Assembly: GCF_035084215.1 (NCBI RefSeq)
Contig: NC_090340.1
Span: 14,136,001-14,200,000 of the forward strand
Direction: 5' to 3'
Source of the DNA: Heptranchias perlo
Taxonomy: Eukaryota
DNA: 64,000 nucleotides
Below, piece by piece: positions 36,941-49,749 of this stretch; positions within the stretch are counted from its first letter, which is position 1; every line of letters starts with the position of its first letter. The position numbers were made by a program, and so were the translations under genes. The notes under the pieces are model-generated. The model saw nothing but the letters and a program-made list of their open reading frames with translations, searched no databases and was not told where the DNA came from.

Positions 36941-39332
36941 CGTGCATCCAGGAGAGCTTTTTGAGCCAGCATGTAGAAAGTCCTACAAGAGAGGGGGCGG
37001 TACTGGACCTAATTCTAGGGAATGTGGCCGGCCAAGTGGAAGAAGTGCTAGTAGGTGAGCACTTTGGTGACAGTGACCATAATTCGGTGAGATTTAAGGT
37101 GGTCATGGAAAAGGACAGGGAGGGGCCGGAAATAAAGGTTCTAAATTGGGGGAAGGCCGATTTTAATAGGATAAGGCAGGATCTGGCCAAAATGGACTGG
37201 GATCAGCTGCTTGTAGGAAAATCCGCATCGGAGCAATGGGAGTCTTTCAGAAGGGAGATTGAGACCATACAATGGCAACATGTTCCCGTAAAGGTCAAGG
37301 GTGGTTCCAAGAACTCCAGGGAACCTTGGATGTCAGGGGATATACGAGAATGGATTAGGAAAAAAAAGAGGGCTTTTGGCAGATACAAAAGGCTAAAGAC
37401 GGAGGAAGCCCTGGAGGAGTACAAAAAGTGCAGGGGGATACTTAAAAAAGAAATTAGGAGATCAAGGAGGGGCCATGAAATAACACTGGCGAGCAAAATA
37501 AAGGAAAATCCTAAGATGTTTTATAAGTATATTAAGGGTAAGAGGATGACTAGGGGAAAAATAGGGCCCATTAGGGACAAAAATGGCAATCTGTGTGTGG
37601 AGCCGGCAGATGTAGGAGGGGTTCTAAATGAATTTTTTGCATCTGTTTTCACTATGGAGAAGGACGATGTAGACATAGAAATACGGCAGGGGGACTGTGA
37701 TATACTCGAACATATTAACATCGAGCGGGAGGAGGTATTGGCGGTTTTAGCAGGCCTAAAAATGGATAAATACCCAGGCCCGGACGAAATGTATCCCAGG
37801 CTACTGTGTGAGGCAAAGGAGGAGATTGCGGGGGCTCTGACACATATATTCAGAACCTCTCTGGCCACAGGGGATGTGCCAGAGGACTGGAGAACCGCTA
37901 ATGTAATACCATTATTCAAGAAGGGGAGTAGGGAAAAACCGGGGAACTACAGGCCAGTGAGCCTAACATCAGTGGTAGGAAAATTATTGGAAAAAATTCT
38001 GAAGGACAAAATTAGTCTCCACTTGGAGAAGCAAGGATTAATCAGGGATAGTCAACATGGCTTTGTCAAGGGAAGATCATGTCTGACTAATTTGATTGAA
38101 TTTTTTGAGGGGGTGACTAGGCGTGTGGATGAGGGTAACGCAGTGGATGTGGTATACATGGATTTCAGTAAGGCCTTCGATAAAGTCCCCCACAGGAGAC
38201 TGGTCAAGAAGGTACGAGCCCATGGAATCCAGGGTGCCTTGGCACTTTGGATACAAAACTGGCTTAGTGGCAGAAGGCAGAGGGTGATGGTCGAAGGTTG
38301 TTTTTGTGACTGGAAGCCTGTGGCCAGTGGGGTACCACAGGGATCGGTGCTGGGTCCCTTGCTGTTTGTGGTCTACATTAATGACTTGGATATGAATGTA
38401 AAAGGTATGATCAGTAAGTTCGCTGATGATACAAAAATTGGTAGGGTGGTAAATAGCGAGGAGGATAGCCTCAGTCTGCAGGACGATATAGATGGGTTGG
38501 TCAGATGGGCGGAACAGTGGCAAATGGAATTTAACCCGGAAAAGTGCGAGGTGATGCACTTTGGAGGGACTAACAAGGCAAGGGAATACACAATGAATGG
38601 GAGGACCCTAGGCAAGACAGAGGGTCAGAGGGATCTTGGTGTGCAAGTTCACAGATCCCTGAAGGCGGCGGAACAGGTAGATAAGGTAGTAAAGAAGGCA
38701 TATGGGATACTTGCCTTTATTAGCCGAGGCATAGAATATAAGAGCAAGGAGGTTATGATGGAGCTGTATAAAATACTGGTTAGGCCACAGCTGGAGTACT
38801 GTGTGCAGTTCTGGTCGCCACACTACAGGAAGGATGTGATCGCTTTGGAGAGGGTGCAGAGGAGATTCACCAGGATGTTACCAGGGCTGGAGCGCTTCAG
38901 CTATGAAGAGAGACTGGGAAGATTGGGTTTGTTTTCCTTGGAGCAGAGGAGGCTGAGGGGGGACATGATTGAGGTGTACAAAATTATGAGGGGCACAGAT
39001 AGGATGGATACTAAGGAGCTTTTTCCCTTCGTTGAGGGTTCTATAACAAGGGGACATAGATTCAAGGTAAAAGGCGGGAGGTTTAGAGGGGATTTGAGAA
39101 AGAACTTTTTCACCCAGAGGGTGGTTGGAGTCTGGAACTCACTGCCTGAAAGGGTTGTGGAGGCAGGAACCCTCACAACATTCAAGAAGCATTTGGATGA
39201 GCATTTGGATGAGCACTTGAAATGCCATAGCATACAAGGCTGGAATATGGGATTAGAGTAGACAGGGCTGATGGCCGGCGCGGACACGATGGGCCGAAGG
39301 GCCTCTATCCGTGCTGTATAACTCTATGACTC
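36941..39332 (+). mobile_element. Young 5'-truncated CR1 LINE with an uninterrupted ORF2 (partial endonuclease, complete RT)
   Basis: ORF 36871-39261 contains SDHN, YRPVSLTS, DFSKAFD, GVPQGSVLGP and FADD motifs; tail actctatgactcta. Confidence 0.95.
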
Positions 39333-39599
39333 TAAATATGTTTTGTGACACTTAGTTCCTGCTTTTTCCTTTTTTAACACTTTACCTTTTACTCCATACC
39401 TTCTGTCCCTTCCTGACACACTTTCCTCTGTCTCCCTGCTCAGGTTCCCAACCCCCTGCCACAGCTTTGATGCTGGGTTAATTGCCTTACGCCTTCTAGT
39501 TTTTATTTTTTCTGTCGTGCCTAAAGTACACAGTAAAGTGCCTAAAGGACGCCCCAAAAGTACTTCACAGCTAATGAATTGCTTTTCAAATATAGTCAC

Positions 39600-41960
39600 C
39601 GTTATGTAGGCAAACACAACTTGCGTTTATATAGAAAAATGTCCCATGACGCTTCATAGAAGCGTAACAAAATAAAAATCGATGCCGAGCCAAAGAGGGT
39701 ACAGTAAGAGGGTTGACCAAAAGCAAGGTCAAAGAGGTGGGTTTTAAGGAAGGTGTTAAAGCAGGAGAGGAAGGTGGAGAAATATAGGGAAGGAATTCCA
39801 AAGCATAGGGCTTAGACGGCTGCAAATAGTGGGGCAAAGGGAGGGAGAGTTGGATGAACACAGCCTTGGAGGGTTGTGGAGCTGGAGGCGATTATAGGGA
39901 CAGGGAGGGGCAAGGCCATGAAGGGATTTAAATACGATGAGAATTTTAAATTTGAGGCTGTGGAGGACCCGGCCCAGGGATGATGGGTATGTGGGAGAAG
40001 GTGTAGGCAGTTTAATTTTAGATAAGCTGATGAATTAGGGAGGCCGGCTATAACAGCAACTTGCATTTATGTAGCGCCTTTAACATAGTAAACATCCCCA
40101 GGCACTTCACAGGAGCGTTATCAAGCAAAATTTGACACCAAGCCACATAAGGAGGTATTAGGACAGGAAACCTTGGTCAAAGCACGGTGGAGCGATTTAA
40201 AATCGGGGATGTGCACGAGGCAAGAATTGGAGGAGCGCAGAGATCTCAGGGTTGTAGGGCTAGAGGAGGTTACAGAGATAGGGAGGGGAAAGGCCATGAA
40301 GGGATTTGAAAACAAGGATGAGAATTTTAAAATCGAGGTGTTCCTGGACCGGGAGCCAATGTAGCTCAGCGATCACAGGGTGATGGGAGAACGGGATTTG
40401 GTGTGAGTTAGGATACGGGCAGCAGAGTTTTGGATGCGCTGAAATTTGTGGGGGATGGAAAATGGGAGGCAACCAGGAGAGCACTGGAATAGTCCAATCT
40501 GGAGGTAACAAAAGGCATGGATAAGGGTTTCAGCAGCAGATGAACTGAAGCAGGGTGTAGATGGCCGATGTTACAGAGGTGGAAGTAGGCAGTCTTGGTG
40601 ATGGAGCGGGTATGTGGTCAGAAGCTCATCTCAGGGTCAAATATGACACCAAGTTTGCGAATGGTCTGGTTCAGCCTCAGACAGTGACCAGGGAGAGGGA
40701 TGGAGTCGGTGGCTGGGAAACGGACTGTGCAGCGGGGCCCAAAGACAATGGCTTCGGTCTTCCCAATATTCATTTGGAGGAAATTTTTGCTATGTCGGAC
40801 AAACAATGTGACAAATCAGAGACAGTGGACGGGTCGAGGGAGCTGGTTGTGAGGTAGAGCTGGATGTCGTCAGCGTACATGTGGAATCTGAAGTGTTTTT
40901 GGATGATGTTGCCAAGGGGCAGCATGTAGATGAGAAATAGAAGGGGGCTAAGGATAGGTCCTTGCGAGAGTGGGAAGAGAAGCCGCTAGGAGAGCTTTGG
41001 TGTTGTTCAGTCTGGAGGTGATAAAGGCATGGATGAGGATTTAAGCAGCAGAGGGCTCAGGTGGTTTTGTGATGAAGAGGTTATTAGATTGGAAAGGATG
41101 GCTATGGTCTTCCCAATGTTTAATGGGGGGGAAATTGGAGCACAGATGTTGGATAAGCAGTCTGACAACTCAGGCAGTGGAGGGGTTGAAAGAGGTAGAG
41201 CTGGGTGGTGTCAGTTTACATATGGAACCTGACCCCATGTCTTTGGATGATGTTGCCAAGGGGCAGCATTTAGATGAGGAAAAGGAGGAGACAAATTATA
41301 GATACTTGGGGAGACTCTTGAGGTAACTGGTGGGAAGAGCAGATCCTCTGGCTACAATTGTCTAGGTAAGAATGGAACCAAGGGAAGGTGTGGTTGACCT
41401 TGGAGGAATCATGAACCAAAGTCACAAGTTGCCATTTGTGATTGATTAGGACTGTTTCAGTGCTGTGGCAGGGGTGGAAACCTGAGGAGAGGGAACCATT
41501 TACAACGTGGGCTAACCTGGAAACCAGGAAGGGAAGTTGGTGATCAGCAGTTTAATGGGAATGGGTTCAATGGAGCAGGACATGGGTTTTATAGACAAGG
41601 GGAGCTTGGAATGGGCATGAGGGGAGATTGGAAAGAAACTAAAGAAAGACCCAGTTTTAGGGCAGTGGGGAGGTTTAGCTTGGGGAATGCGGCAGAGGTA
41701 ACGTTTTTGATGGTTTGAATCTTCGTGACAAAGAAGTCCATAAGCTCCTCACACTTGTGGGTGAGGGTACAGCAGGCAGGGGAGTGAAGTTTTAAGGAGA
41801 TGATCTTTGAGTAATGAGCAGCTTTGGCAGAGGAGAGCAAAGTTTGATAGTGCTGCTGTGGTCCAGTCAGATCTGGCAATGGATGGTTAAATCAGTGGTG
41901 CACCAGATACACTCATGTCTGCACCCCTTGAACTTGAGGGAGCGAACATGGGGAGTGACA
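39600..41960 (-). mobile_element. Cluster of degraded L2 LINE fragments
   Basis: L2-type motifs LHWLPV...FKILILVFKSLHGL and QMNIGKTEAIVFG on the minus strand. Confidence 0.75.
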
Positions 41961-42089
41961 GGGTGGGAACAGTAAGGGTTTTTACTATGGACAAGGGCAT
42001 CAAAAAGTGGAGGTAAGGGAGTTGTTGAGCAGTTGGGCTACTGCAGAAGTATCATCATAAATGGAAGGCCGAAGGCTAATCAGTTGGGA

Positions 42090-43795
42090 GTTTGAAAATG
42101 CAGTTATAAGTGACTCGGGGGCAAGTTTATTCCAGGGTTGGATGCAGAACGAAGTGCTGTGCGAGCCCCTTGCCCGTATTTTTAATAGCTCACTGCACTC
42201 TGGGACGGTTCCTGTAGACTGGTAGCAGGCTAATGTAGTCCCCGTCTTTAAAAAAGGAGACAAGACCCAGGTAACTATAGGCCCATTAGTTTGACATCAG
42301 TAATAGGAAAGCTGCTTGAAGGAATCATTAGGAAAGTAATATATGATTACTTGGATAGAGAGGGACATACTGGGGACGCCCAACATGGCTTCAAAAAAAG
42401 ATCATGTCAAACAAATTTGATAATATTTTTTGACGAAGTCACCAAGGTGGTAGATGAGGGAAGCCCAGTAGACATTGTCTACTTAGACTTCCAAAATACT
42501 TTCGACAAGGTACCGCACAAGAGGCTTCTGTATAAGATAGAAGACTTTGGTATTAGTGGTAATTTCTAGAGCTGGATTGTGAACTGGCTGGAAGGTTGTA
42601 GGCAGAAAGTAGTTATAGATGGATTTGGATCGGTTTGGAGACCAGTCACCAGTGGTATCCCGCAGGGATTGGTGTTGGGACCGTTGCTCTTTACTATTTT
42701 TATTAATAATCTAGATGTAGTGTTGGGGGCACAATCTGAAAATTTACAGATGATACCAAGATCTATGTGAGTGTCAGGACTGCTTCAGGCAGATCTTGAT
42801 GTGTTGGGGGATTGGGCTCATGACTGAATAATGATGTTTAATTTGGAGAAATGCAGTGGGCAGGACAAATGATGAAAAAACATACGCCCTTCAGTAAAAA
42901 GCATTAAAGCAGGAGGAGAAAGAAAGAGATCTGGGCATTCTAGTGCATAGATCTCTAAAGGTTCATGAGCAATGCCGTGAAGCGATAACTGGAGCGAATA
43001 GGGTGTTGGGGTGCATTTATAGGACAATTGACTATATGACAAAGCAGACTATTTTGTTGTTGTACAGGTCCTTGGTCAAGCCTCAGTTGGAATACTGTGT
43101 CCAGTTTTGGTCTCCTTACATGTTGGGTGATACTGAGTCTTTGGAAAGGGTGCAAAGGGACGGCCACTAGATTAATTCCCAGCTTAAAGCATCTTAGTTA
43201 TAAGATAGGCTAAAAGAGCTGAGACTCTACACTTTAGAGAAGCGTAGACTTAGGGGTGATCTGATTGAGGTTTATAAGATGATGAAAGGAAATAGACTGT
43301 GTTCCAGTTGACAGTTTGTTCCAATTAAATAGGTTAGAGAGGACCAGGGGTCACAATTTGAAGTTGTACAAGGCCAGATCGAGGTTAGATGTCAGGAAGT
43401 GGTTCTTTTCCCTGAGAATAGTGGACCTTTGGAACAGGCTGCTGGCTCGTGCGGTGGACGCCGATTCGCTGACTTCGTTCAAGCAAGAGCGAGACCTGTA
43501 ACTGGCTGGGGTGGAGATCACCTCTTACGAAAGGCAGGTAATGTAATGCATAGAATTATCAGGGCCAATCCTGGACTAGTTTCGATCGCCAAAGGGGTCG
43601 GAGAGGAGTTTCCCAAATGTTTTCCCCCCAAATTGGCCTGGGTTTTTATTTGGTTTTTCGCCTCTCCCAATGGATCACATGGTTTTGGGTGGGGAGTGTA
43701 TATATTGTGATACACAAGGTATCACGATTGTGTGGGACAGGCTGGATGGACCAGAGGGTCTTTTCCTGCCTGTCATTGTTCGTATGTTTGTATGT
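42090..43795 (+). mobile_element. Degraded CR1 LINE
   Basis: RT fragments [22 protein letters not shown] and PQLEYCVQFWSP. Confidence 0.9.
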
Positions 43796-43819
43796 GGGTG
43801 ATGATGGATAAAAGGAAGT

Positions 43820-44147
43820 GGTTGGAGATGAAACACAGCTGCCAGTTTGCACACAGCAAGGTCCTACAAACAGCAATGAGATACACCACCAGTCTTTTAG
43901 TTGGCTAGGACACCTCCCCTATTCCTCTTCCAAAAGTGCCATGGGATTTTTTATGTCCATGGAACAGGCAGGCAGGGCCTCGATTTAATGTTTCGTCTGG
44001 AAGATGGCATCTTCAATAATGCAGCACTCCTTCAGCACTGCACTGAAGTGTCAGCCTAGATTATGTGCTCAAAGTACTGGAGTGGGGCTTGAACCTATGA
44101 CATTCTGGCTTGGAGTCAAGTGCCAGCACTGAGCAAAGGCTGACACT
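43820..44147 (-). mobile_element. Deu-domain SINE
   Basis: Reverse complement of the SINE head and core. Confidence 0.7.
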
Positions 44148-44759
44148 AGGCTAGTTAAGGCAATGAAGAAGGTTGATCCGGAATATTACTTTAAATTGTC
44201 AGATGAGGTCAAGGGGACCTCGGTTCAAACTAATAAAGGGCAAATTTCGGACTGATGTCAGGAAATTCTTCACACAAAGAGTGATTAACAAATAGAAGAG
44301 TAGTGGAGATGCAAATGTTGGAATCTTTTAAGAAACAATTGGAGGCTGAAATTGGAATTAAAGATCTCTGGATGAATTAATTAATTATGAAATGGCTTTC
44401 TCATTCATAATTATCTTGTGAGAAACTACATTTTTCATGGCGCAACTTGAATTGCTGGTTACTCTGTTAAATTATTTGAGAGTTCTTACAGATACATTCC
44501 CAACACATAACCCCCACCCGTCGTCCTTAAGTAAGACATTGTAAGTGGGGATTGGTTCACTTTGTATATCTGGCACCCTTAGTCATCAAGCATTTGCAGG
44601 TCAAGTATAGCATAGCTAGATGCACAGTGCAGCTCCTTTTGTCCCAATCTCAGAAGAGCACTCATGTGACATAGTTCCCAGCCATACCGTGGCATGAGTT
44701 GCCAGTTTAGTGCCAAACTGGGGGCTATCTTGTGCTGTGGATTTAAGACTAATTAGAAT

Positions 44760-46850
44760 TACAAACATACAAAATTGACGGGCAGGAAAAGATCAGTTGA
44801 TCCATCAAGCCTGCCCCACACTATGATGGCTGGACCATCATGACTAAACACTTCTTCCCCCCCCACCCATCTCCCACCCACCCCCGCAGCCATGTAATTT
44901 CCTGGGAGAGGCAAAAAACCAGAGGAAAAACCCAGGGCTGATAAGGGAAAAAATACTCCGGAAAATTCCTCTCTGACCCCCTCAGGGTAACGAAACCAGT
45001 CCAGGAGATCACATGGACCAAGTGTCATCTAAGACACTTACCTTCTATATGATGCGATCTCTGCCCCAGGGATCCCGTCCCGCTCCATCCTGAAGCCAGA
45101 GAGTCAGCACCCACCACACCAGCGGCAATGTATTCCAGAGGCTCACCACACTCTGGGAAAAGAAGAACCGCCCAACATCCAGTCTATTCCTACTCTTGCA
45201 TAGTTTAAACTTGTGTCCCCTGGTCCTCCCTAATCTGTTAAACTGGAATAATCTATCAATAGGAATGCTATCCAGCCCTTTAATTATTTTATAGACCTCT
45301 ATCAGGTCACCTCAAAGTCTATGCTGCTCTAAATTAAATAGACCAAGGTCCTTGAGCCTACCTAAGTAGCTGAGGTTCTTTAAACTAGGAATCATTCTTG
45401 TAGCTCTCCTCTGGACCTTTTCCAAAGCCGCTGGATCACCCACCATGTGGGGGAACAAAACTGGGCCCAGTACACTCGATGCGGTCTGACCAGCAACTTG
45501 TATGGTGTCAAAATGGTTGATTTATACTGAATTGATCTATTAATACAACTCAATACCCTGTTAGCTTTAGCTACAGTTTCTCTACATTGGTCATGAACCT
45601 TCAGTGATCTGTGCACAATAACATCTAGACATGTGTCTCAACCTCTTTCAGTATCATTCCCTGCAATGATATGTATATTCTGTATTGGCCCTACCAACAC
45701 GCATAACACAACATTTATCTAAATTAAATGCCTTTTGCCAATGTGTGGCCCACTCCCCAGCACATCTAAATCTTTTTAAATCTTAACCCTTGCACAGATT
45801 TTGTTGTCATCTCAAACTTGCTTACCATACTCCGAACACCACTGTCCAGGTCATTAATAAAGACCATGAAGAGTAGCGGGCCTAGGACCAATCCCTGGGG
45901 ACACCACTACTACATTGTGAGGTAACCTAGTGTGACTTACCTTATCAAAGGCTTTCTGAAAGTCCAGGTAGACAATGTCTACCCTAGTGACTTGCTCAAA
46001 AAACTCTTAACACATTTGTTAGGCATAACCTATTTTTTCAGAAGCCATGTTGTGAATTTCTAAAGACCCCTTGCCTTTCCCAGTGATCATAAAGGGCATC
46101 TCTTACTATCCCTTCTAATCTTCCCAATAATGGAGGTCAGGCTGCTAGACCTGTCGTTCTCTGGCTCTGATTTAGCCCCTTTTTTGAGAATAGGAGCTAC
46201 ATGAGCTAGCTTCCAGTCTAAGGGAACTGACCCTGACTTTAAACTATTAAAGATACAGACAAGGGACTCACAGAGCACCTGTCCCATCTCTTTAATCACC
46301 CTTGGATGGATATTATCTGGACCTGGAGCCCTATCAATTTTGAGCTTTCCTAATCTATCCAAGATGACATTACTATCTATTTTAATATTAATAATGCTAT
46401 TTAATACAGAGCATTCCCCATCTCGAACATAAGCATATTACAGGAGTATGGACTGATGCAAAATAGCAGTTCTGCCATAACCTGAGAATCAGTTTCAATC
46501 TGCCCATAAGTGTCCTTTAGTGGCCCTATATGGTCCTTAATGGTGACTTCTGATTTGGGACAATGATAGCTGAATAAGCTTTTGCTATTACTGCCACAAT
46601 TACGCACCATCTTCTGTTCCAGAGATCTCTTGGCTACTCTATGGCTGCTTTTGTCTCCCTTAATTGCATGTGATACCTTTCCCTTTTCTCCTGTGAGTTA
46701 AATGCCTTAAGTGTGTAGAACGCCTTCTGTTTCAATCCAAATTGCCTCTGCACATTCCTTGTCAACCGTAATGGTTTTGTTTTGCCATGTGCCCTTTTAA
46801 CCATTGGGATTACATGGCTTCATTCTGTTTGAGAATGGTTTTAAGTAGAA
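44760..46850 (-). mobile_element. Degraded CR1 LINE related to 42090-43795
   Basis: APGPDNIHPRV and HRSLKVHDQC motifs; similar long 3' UTR. Confidence 0.85.
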
Positions 46851-47599
46851 CTCATTTGTCCTCAGTACTTGATTGCCTATCTAATTGAGTTAACATTGAC
46901 CAAACTCATTTCACATAGGACATCTACAACCAGAGAAGATTTTAATCCCATCCATCTGAACTGGATTTAAACACAGGTCACAAAAGTAAAAGTACAGCCC
47001 ACAGTTTTCAAAGGAAAGCAGCATTTCTCCACTTCCAACCAGCCAATGCCCCTCCACAAGAGGGAGGGCCCATTGTGCTATGCATCAATTTGAATGTCCA
47101 GTCATACAATTTGAATGTGGTCGGCTGCAATTTTACCCTCCACAGCTCCCTTAATCTTATTCTGTGCACAGGGGTCCCTAGTATAGGGATTCAGGAACGC
47201 CTGTTTCATTTGCGTTATCAGCGTGCCATTGAAATTTTATGGGCGGCATTATATTCATCATGGGATTGTTCACCTTACCAAGTAATGGGAGGGGAGGGAG
47301 AACTTCCTACCTCTTTCTAATCCCCAACATATTAGCATCTAGCAAGGAATGTAGGTTTGGGACAATGATTATTTGGCATCTCCCTTAGGAGCTCAGGTAA
47401 GATCATCGACCATAACCTTATTGTACCAGCACCTCCTATTTAATGGATCACTTTCTCTAATTAATTTTGTGCCCTGATTTCAGTCCATAATCCCAAATTG
47501 AAGTCAGATGGGAAGAGGGAAGAATCATGAGTTCTGCATCAGCTGTAATAGGTCGTCCACATATAATCAGATCTTGTACTGATTAGCCCTTGTAAGCCT

Positions 47600-48010
47600 G
47601 GTGGGGAGAGGGTGGGGGGAATTGCACATATGGGTGGAGTTGAAAGATTGAAGGATGTGGGAGCGGATGTAAGGCTGAAGGAGGTTGTAGAGACAGATAG
47701 GCCAAGGTCAAGGAGCGATTTGAAGCAAATTATTTTAGGGGACTGGCAAACAGGATCAGTGAGGATAGGGGTGATGAGCGAGTGGGACTTAGTGCGGGAC
47801 AGGACACATTTGGCAGAGTTTGGACAAGTTTGTGGAGGATGGGAGGCCAGCAAGGAAGACATTGCAGAAATTGAGTCTAGAGTTTACAAAAGCGCAGCAA
47901 AGGGTTTAAGCGATGGAGGGATAAAACAAGTGATGTGCTGAGATGGAAATAATCGGCTCTGGTGACGGATAGGGTGTGGGGTTAGAAACTCAGCCCTGGG
48001 TTGAATAAGG
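47600..48010 (-). mobile_element. L2 LINE 3' fragment
   Basis: SRTKSHSLITPIL motif; similar to the 40300-40650 fragment. Confidence 0.6.
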
Positions 48011-48179
48011 AAATTCACTCAAGTCACTGTAAACGCGGCATTACCAGCCAGGCCCTGCAGCCTTGGCCATGGAAGTGCCAATCACTGTGTCTCTGGCTTC
48101 CACATGCTTGGGGATCGCGGAATTTGAAACACTGCAACCGATTAAAGGGGCATGTATTTTTTTGGCCGGGAACAACAGA

Positions 48180-48900
48180 ACTGTAAATGAGGAAGGAGCA
48201 GCATTCCGTGGGGTTGTGGTCAGCAGAGGAAGGGCTCCCAGATTTACTGATACTTCAGTGGGTGGCCCAGCAGAAATACAAGGTCCAGAAGAGAAGGTCT
48301 CCTGGGGACTGACGGCAGGAAGCCCCATGAGAGGGTGGTCCATATTTTATTGAGGGAGGTGACAGAGGCAGTAAATGCAACCTCCATCACCCCACAAACT
48401 GCCATAAATGCAGGAAGAGATTTAACGACCTCACAAGGTTGACCAATGTAAATGAAGGCACTGACCCTCTGCAGGAATGATAGAGAGGCATGACACACCT
48501 CCTTACCTCTCATGCCCTCCCGGTCTTATTATCTGGGTGACAGGAAAACTGACCTATTCACAGGGAATCTCTGGAAACAACAATGCACCATTAGCTCCAA
48601 ACCATTGGAAGAACTCACATTGCCTGCTTAGAAGGAGAGGGGTTTAAAAGGAGCCCACACCTGCAAGTCTGATCACAATGGTATGCATGTGGACATATGA
48701 GTGATAAAAAGTGTCCTTGCTGGTTAACTCTGCATTATTCCCTTGCAAAGATAAGGTAGCGCATAACCAGCGCCAAAGAACTGCAACTAGGGAAGCAACA
48801 CCAATTTTGAAAATGTTTAAGTCTGCACAAAGAGGAAGCTTTGCAGCTCCTGGGAAGCAAATCAGGAGATGAGGAAGTAGGAGGCAAGTTCCAAGATCAG
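48180..48900 (+). mobile_element. Degenerate PIF/Harbinger-type Myb/SANT-like ORF remnant
   Basis: Frameshifted pieces RAPRF(T)D, EVTEAVNATS...KCRKRFNDL and KVAHNQRQRTAT. Confidence 0.6.
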
Positions 48901-49749
48901 GCTGGTAAAGACAGAGTAAGAGGGATCACAGCTCTATGTGGATTGTCAAAGTATAACAACGGCCCTGCATCCTGAAGCTATTTCTTCAAGGAGTCATGCA
49001 AGTGCTTATACAGATAAACCAGCATTTGTAGTCATAGGGGATGAGTTAGAGGAAGAGATCAGCTGCTCAGATGAACAGCCAAGTTCATCAAGATCCACAA
49101 TTCTTGCCCCGTCCTCAGTGACTCTGTCATGGCATCTTACCTGTCCCAGATCAGCCCAGATATACCCATTTAGGAGGCAGTAGTTACTGAGTTAGAAGGG
49201 TTTTCACTGGATGAAGCATCGAGCACAAGTTAGCACGAGGACCTGGGAGTGGAAAAAGGGGGTTGGGGAGGGGTGGAGAGGGTTGCTCCTCCATCATGAC
49301 CACCCTCGGGGAGGAGCTTAAGGGACCCAGATCTGAAGGTACATCTTCAAAAGGATGATTCAGAGCACAGATATTGTGTAGGCGTTGGAGATAATTTCCG
49401 TGCATATGTTGAGATAATGAAGTAGGAGGAGTCCACAATAGACATCTGCAATACATTGCAGGAAGTTTCTCATGACAGTACAACCTGGAATGACAGACAG
49501 TCCAAGAGATTTCTGCAGCAACAAGATGCCTGGAGGATTTCTAAAGTCATCAGTGGGCTTCTGGAGTGGCAGCTACAACTACATTAATGGATGCTCTAAA
49601 GATTAGCCTGAAAACGACACTTTCACAGGGTTTCCAAGATTTATATTGAGGCCATTCGGTCTGTACTGACACCGACCAGTAGAGCATCTGAGCCTGAGCC
49701 CTGCACCAGTGATCTGAAAGGTGTGGTCACCGATGTTGCTGTCTCTAAT

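Noticed and set aside
36871-39261. 796-aa ORF as a host gene
   Set aside because: It is CR1 ORF2 with an N-terminus borrowed from Penelope sequence.
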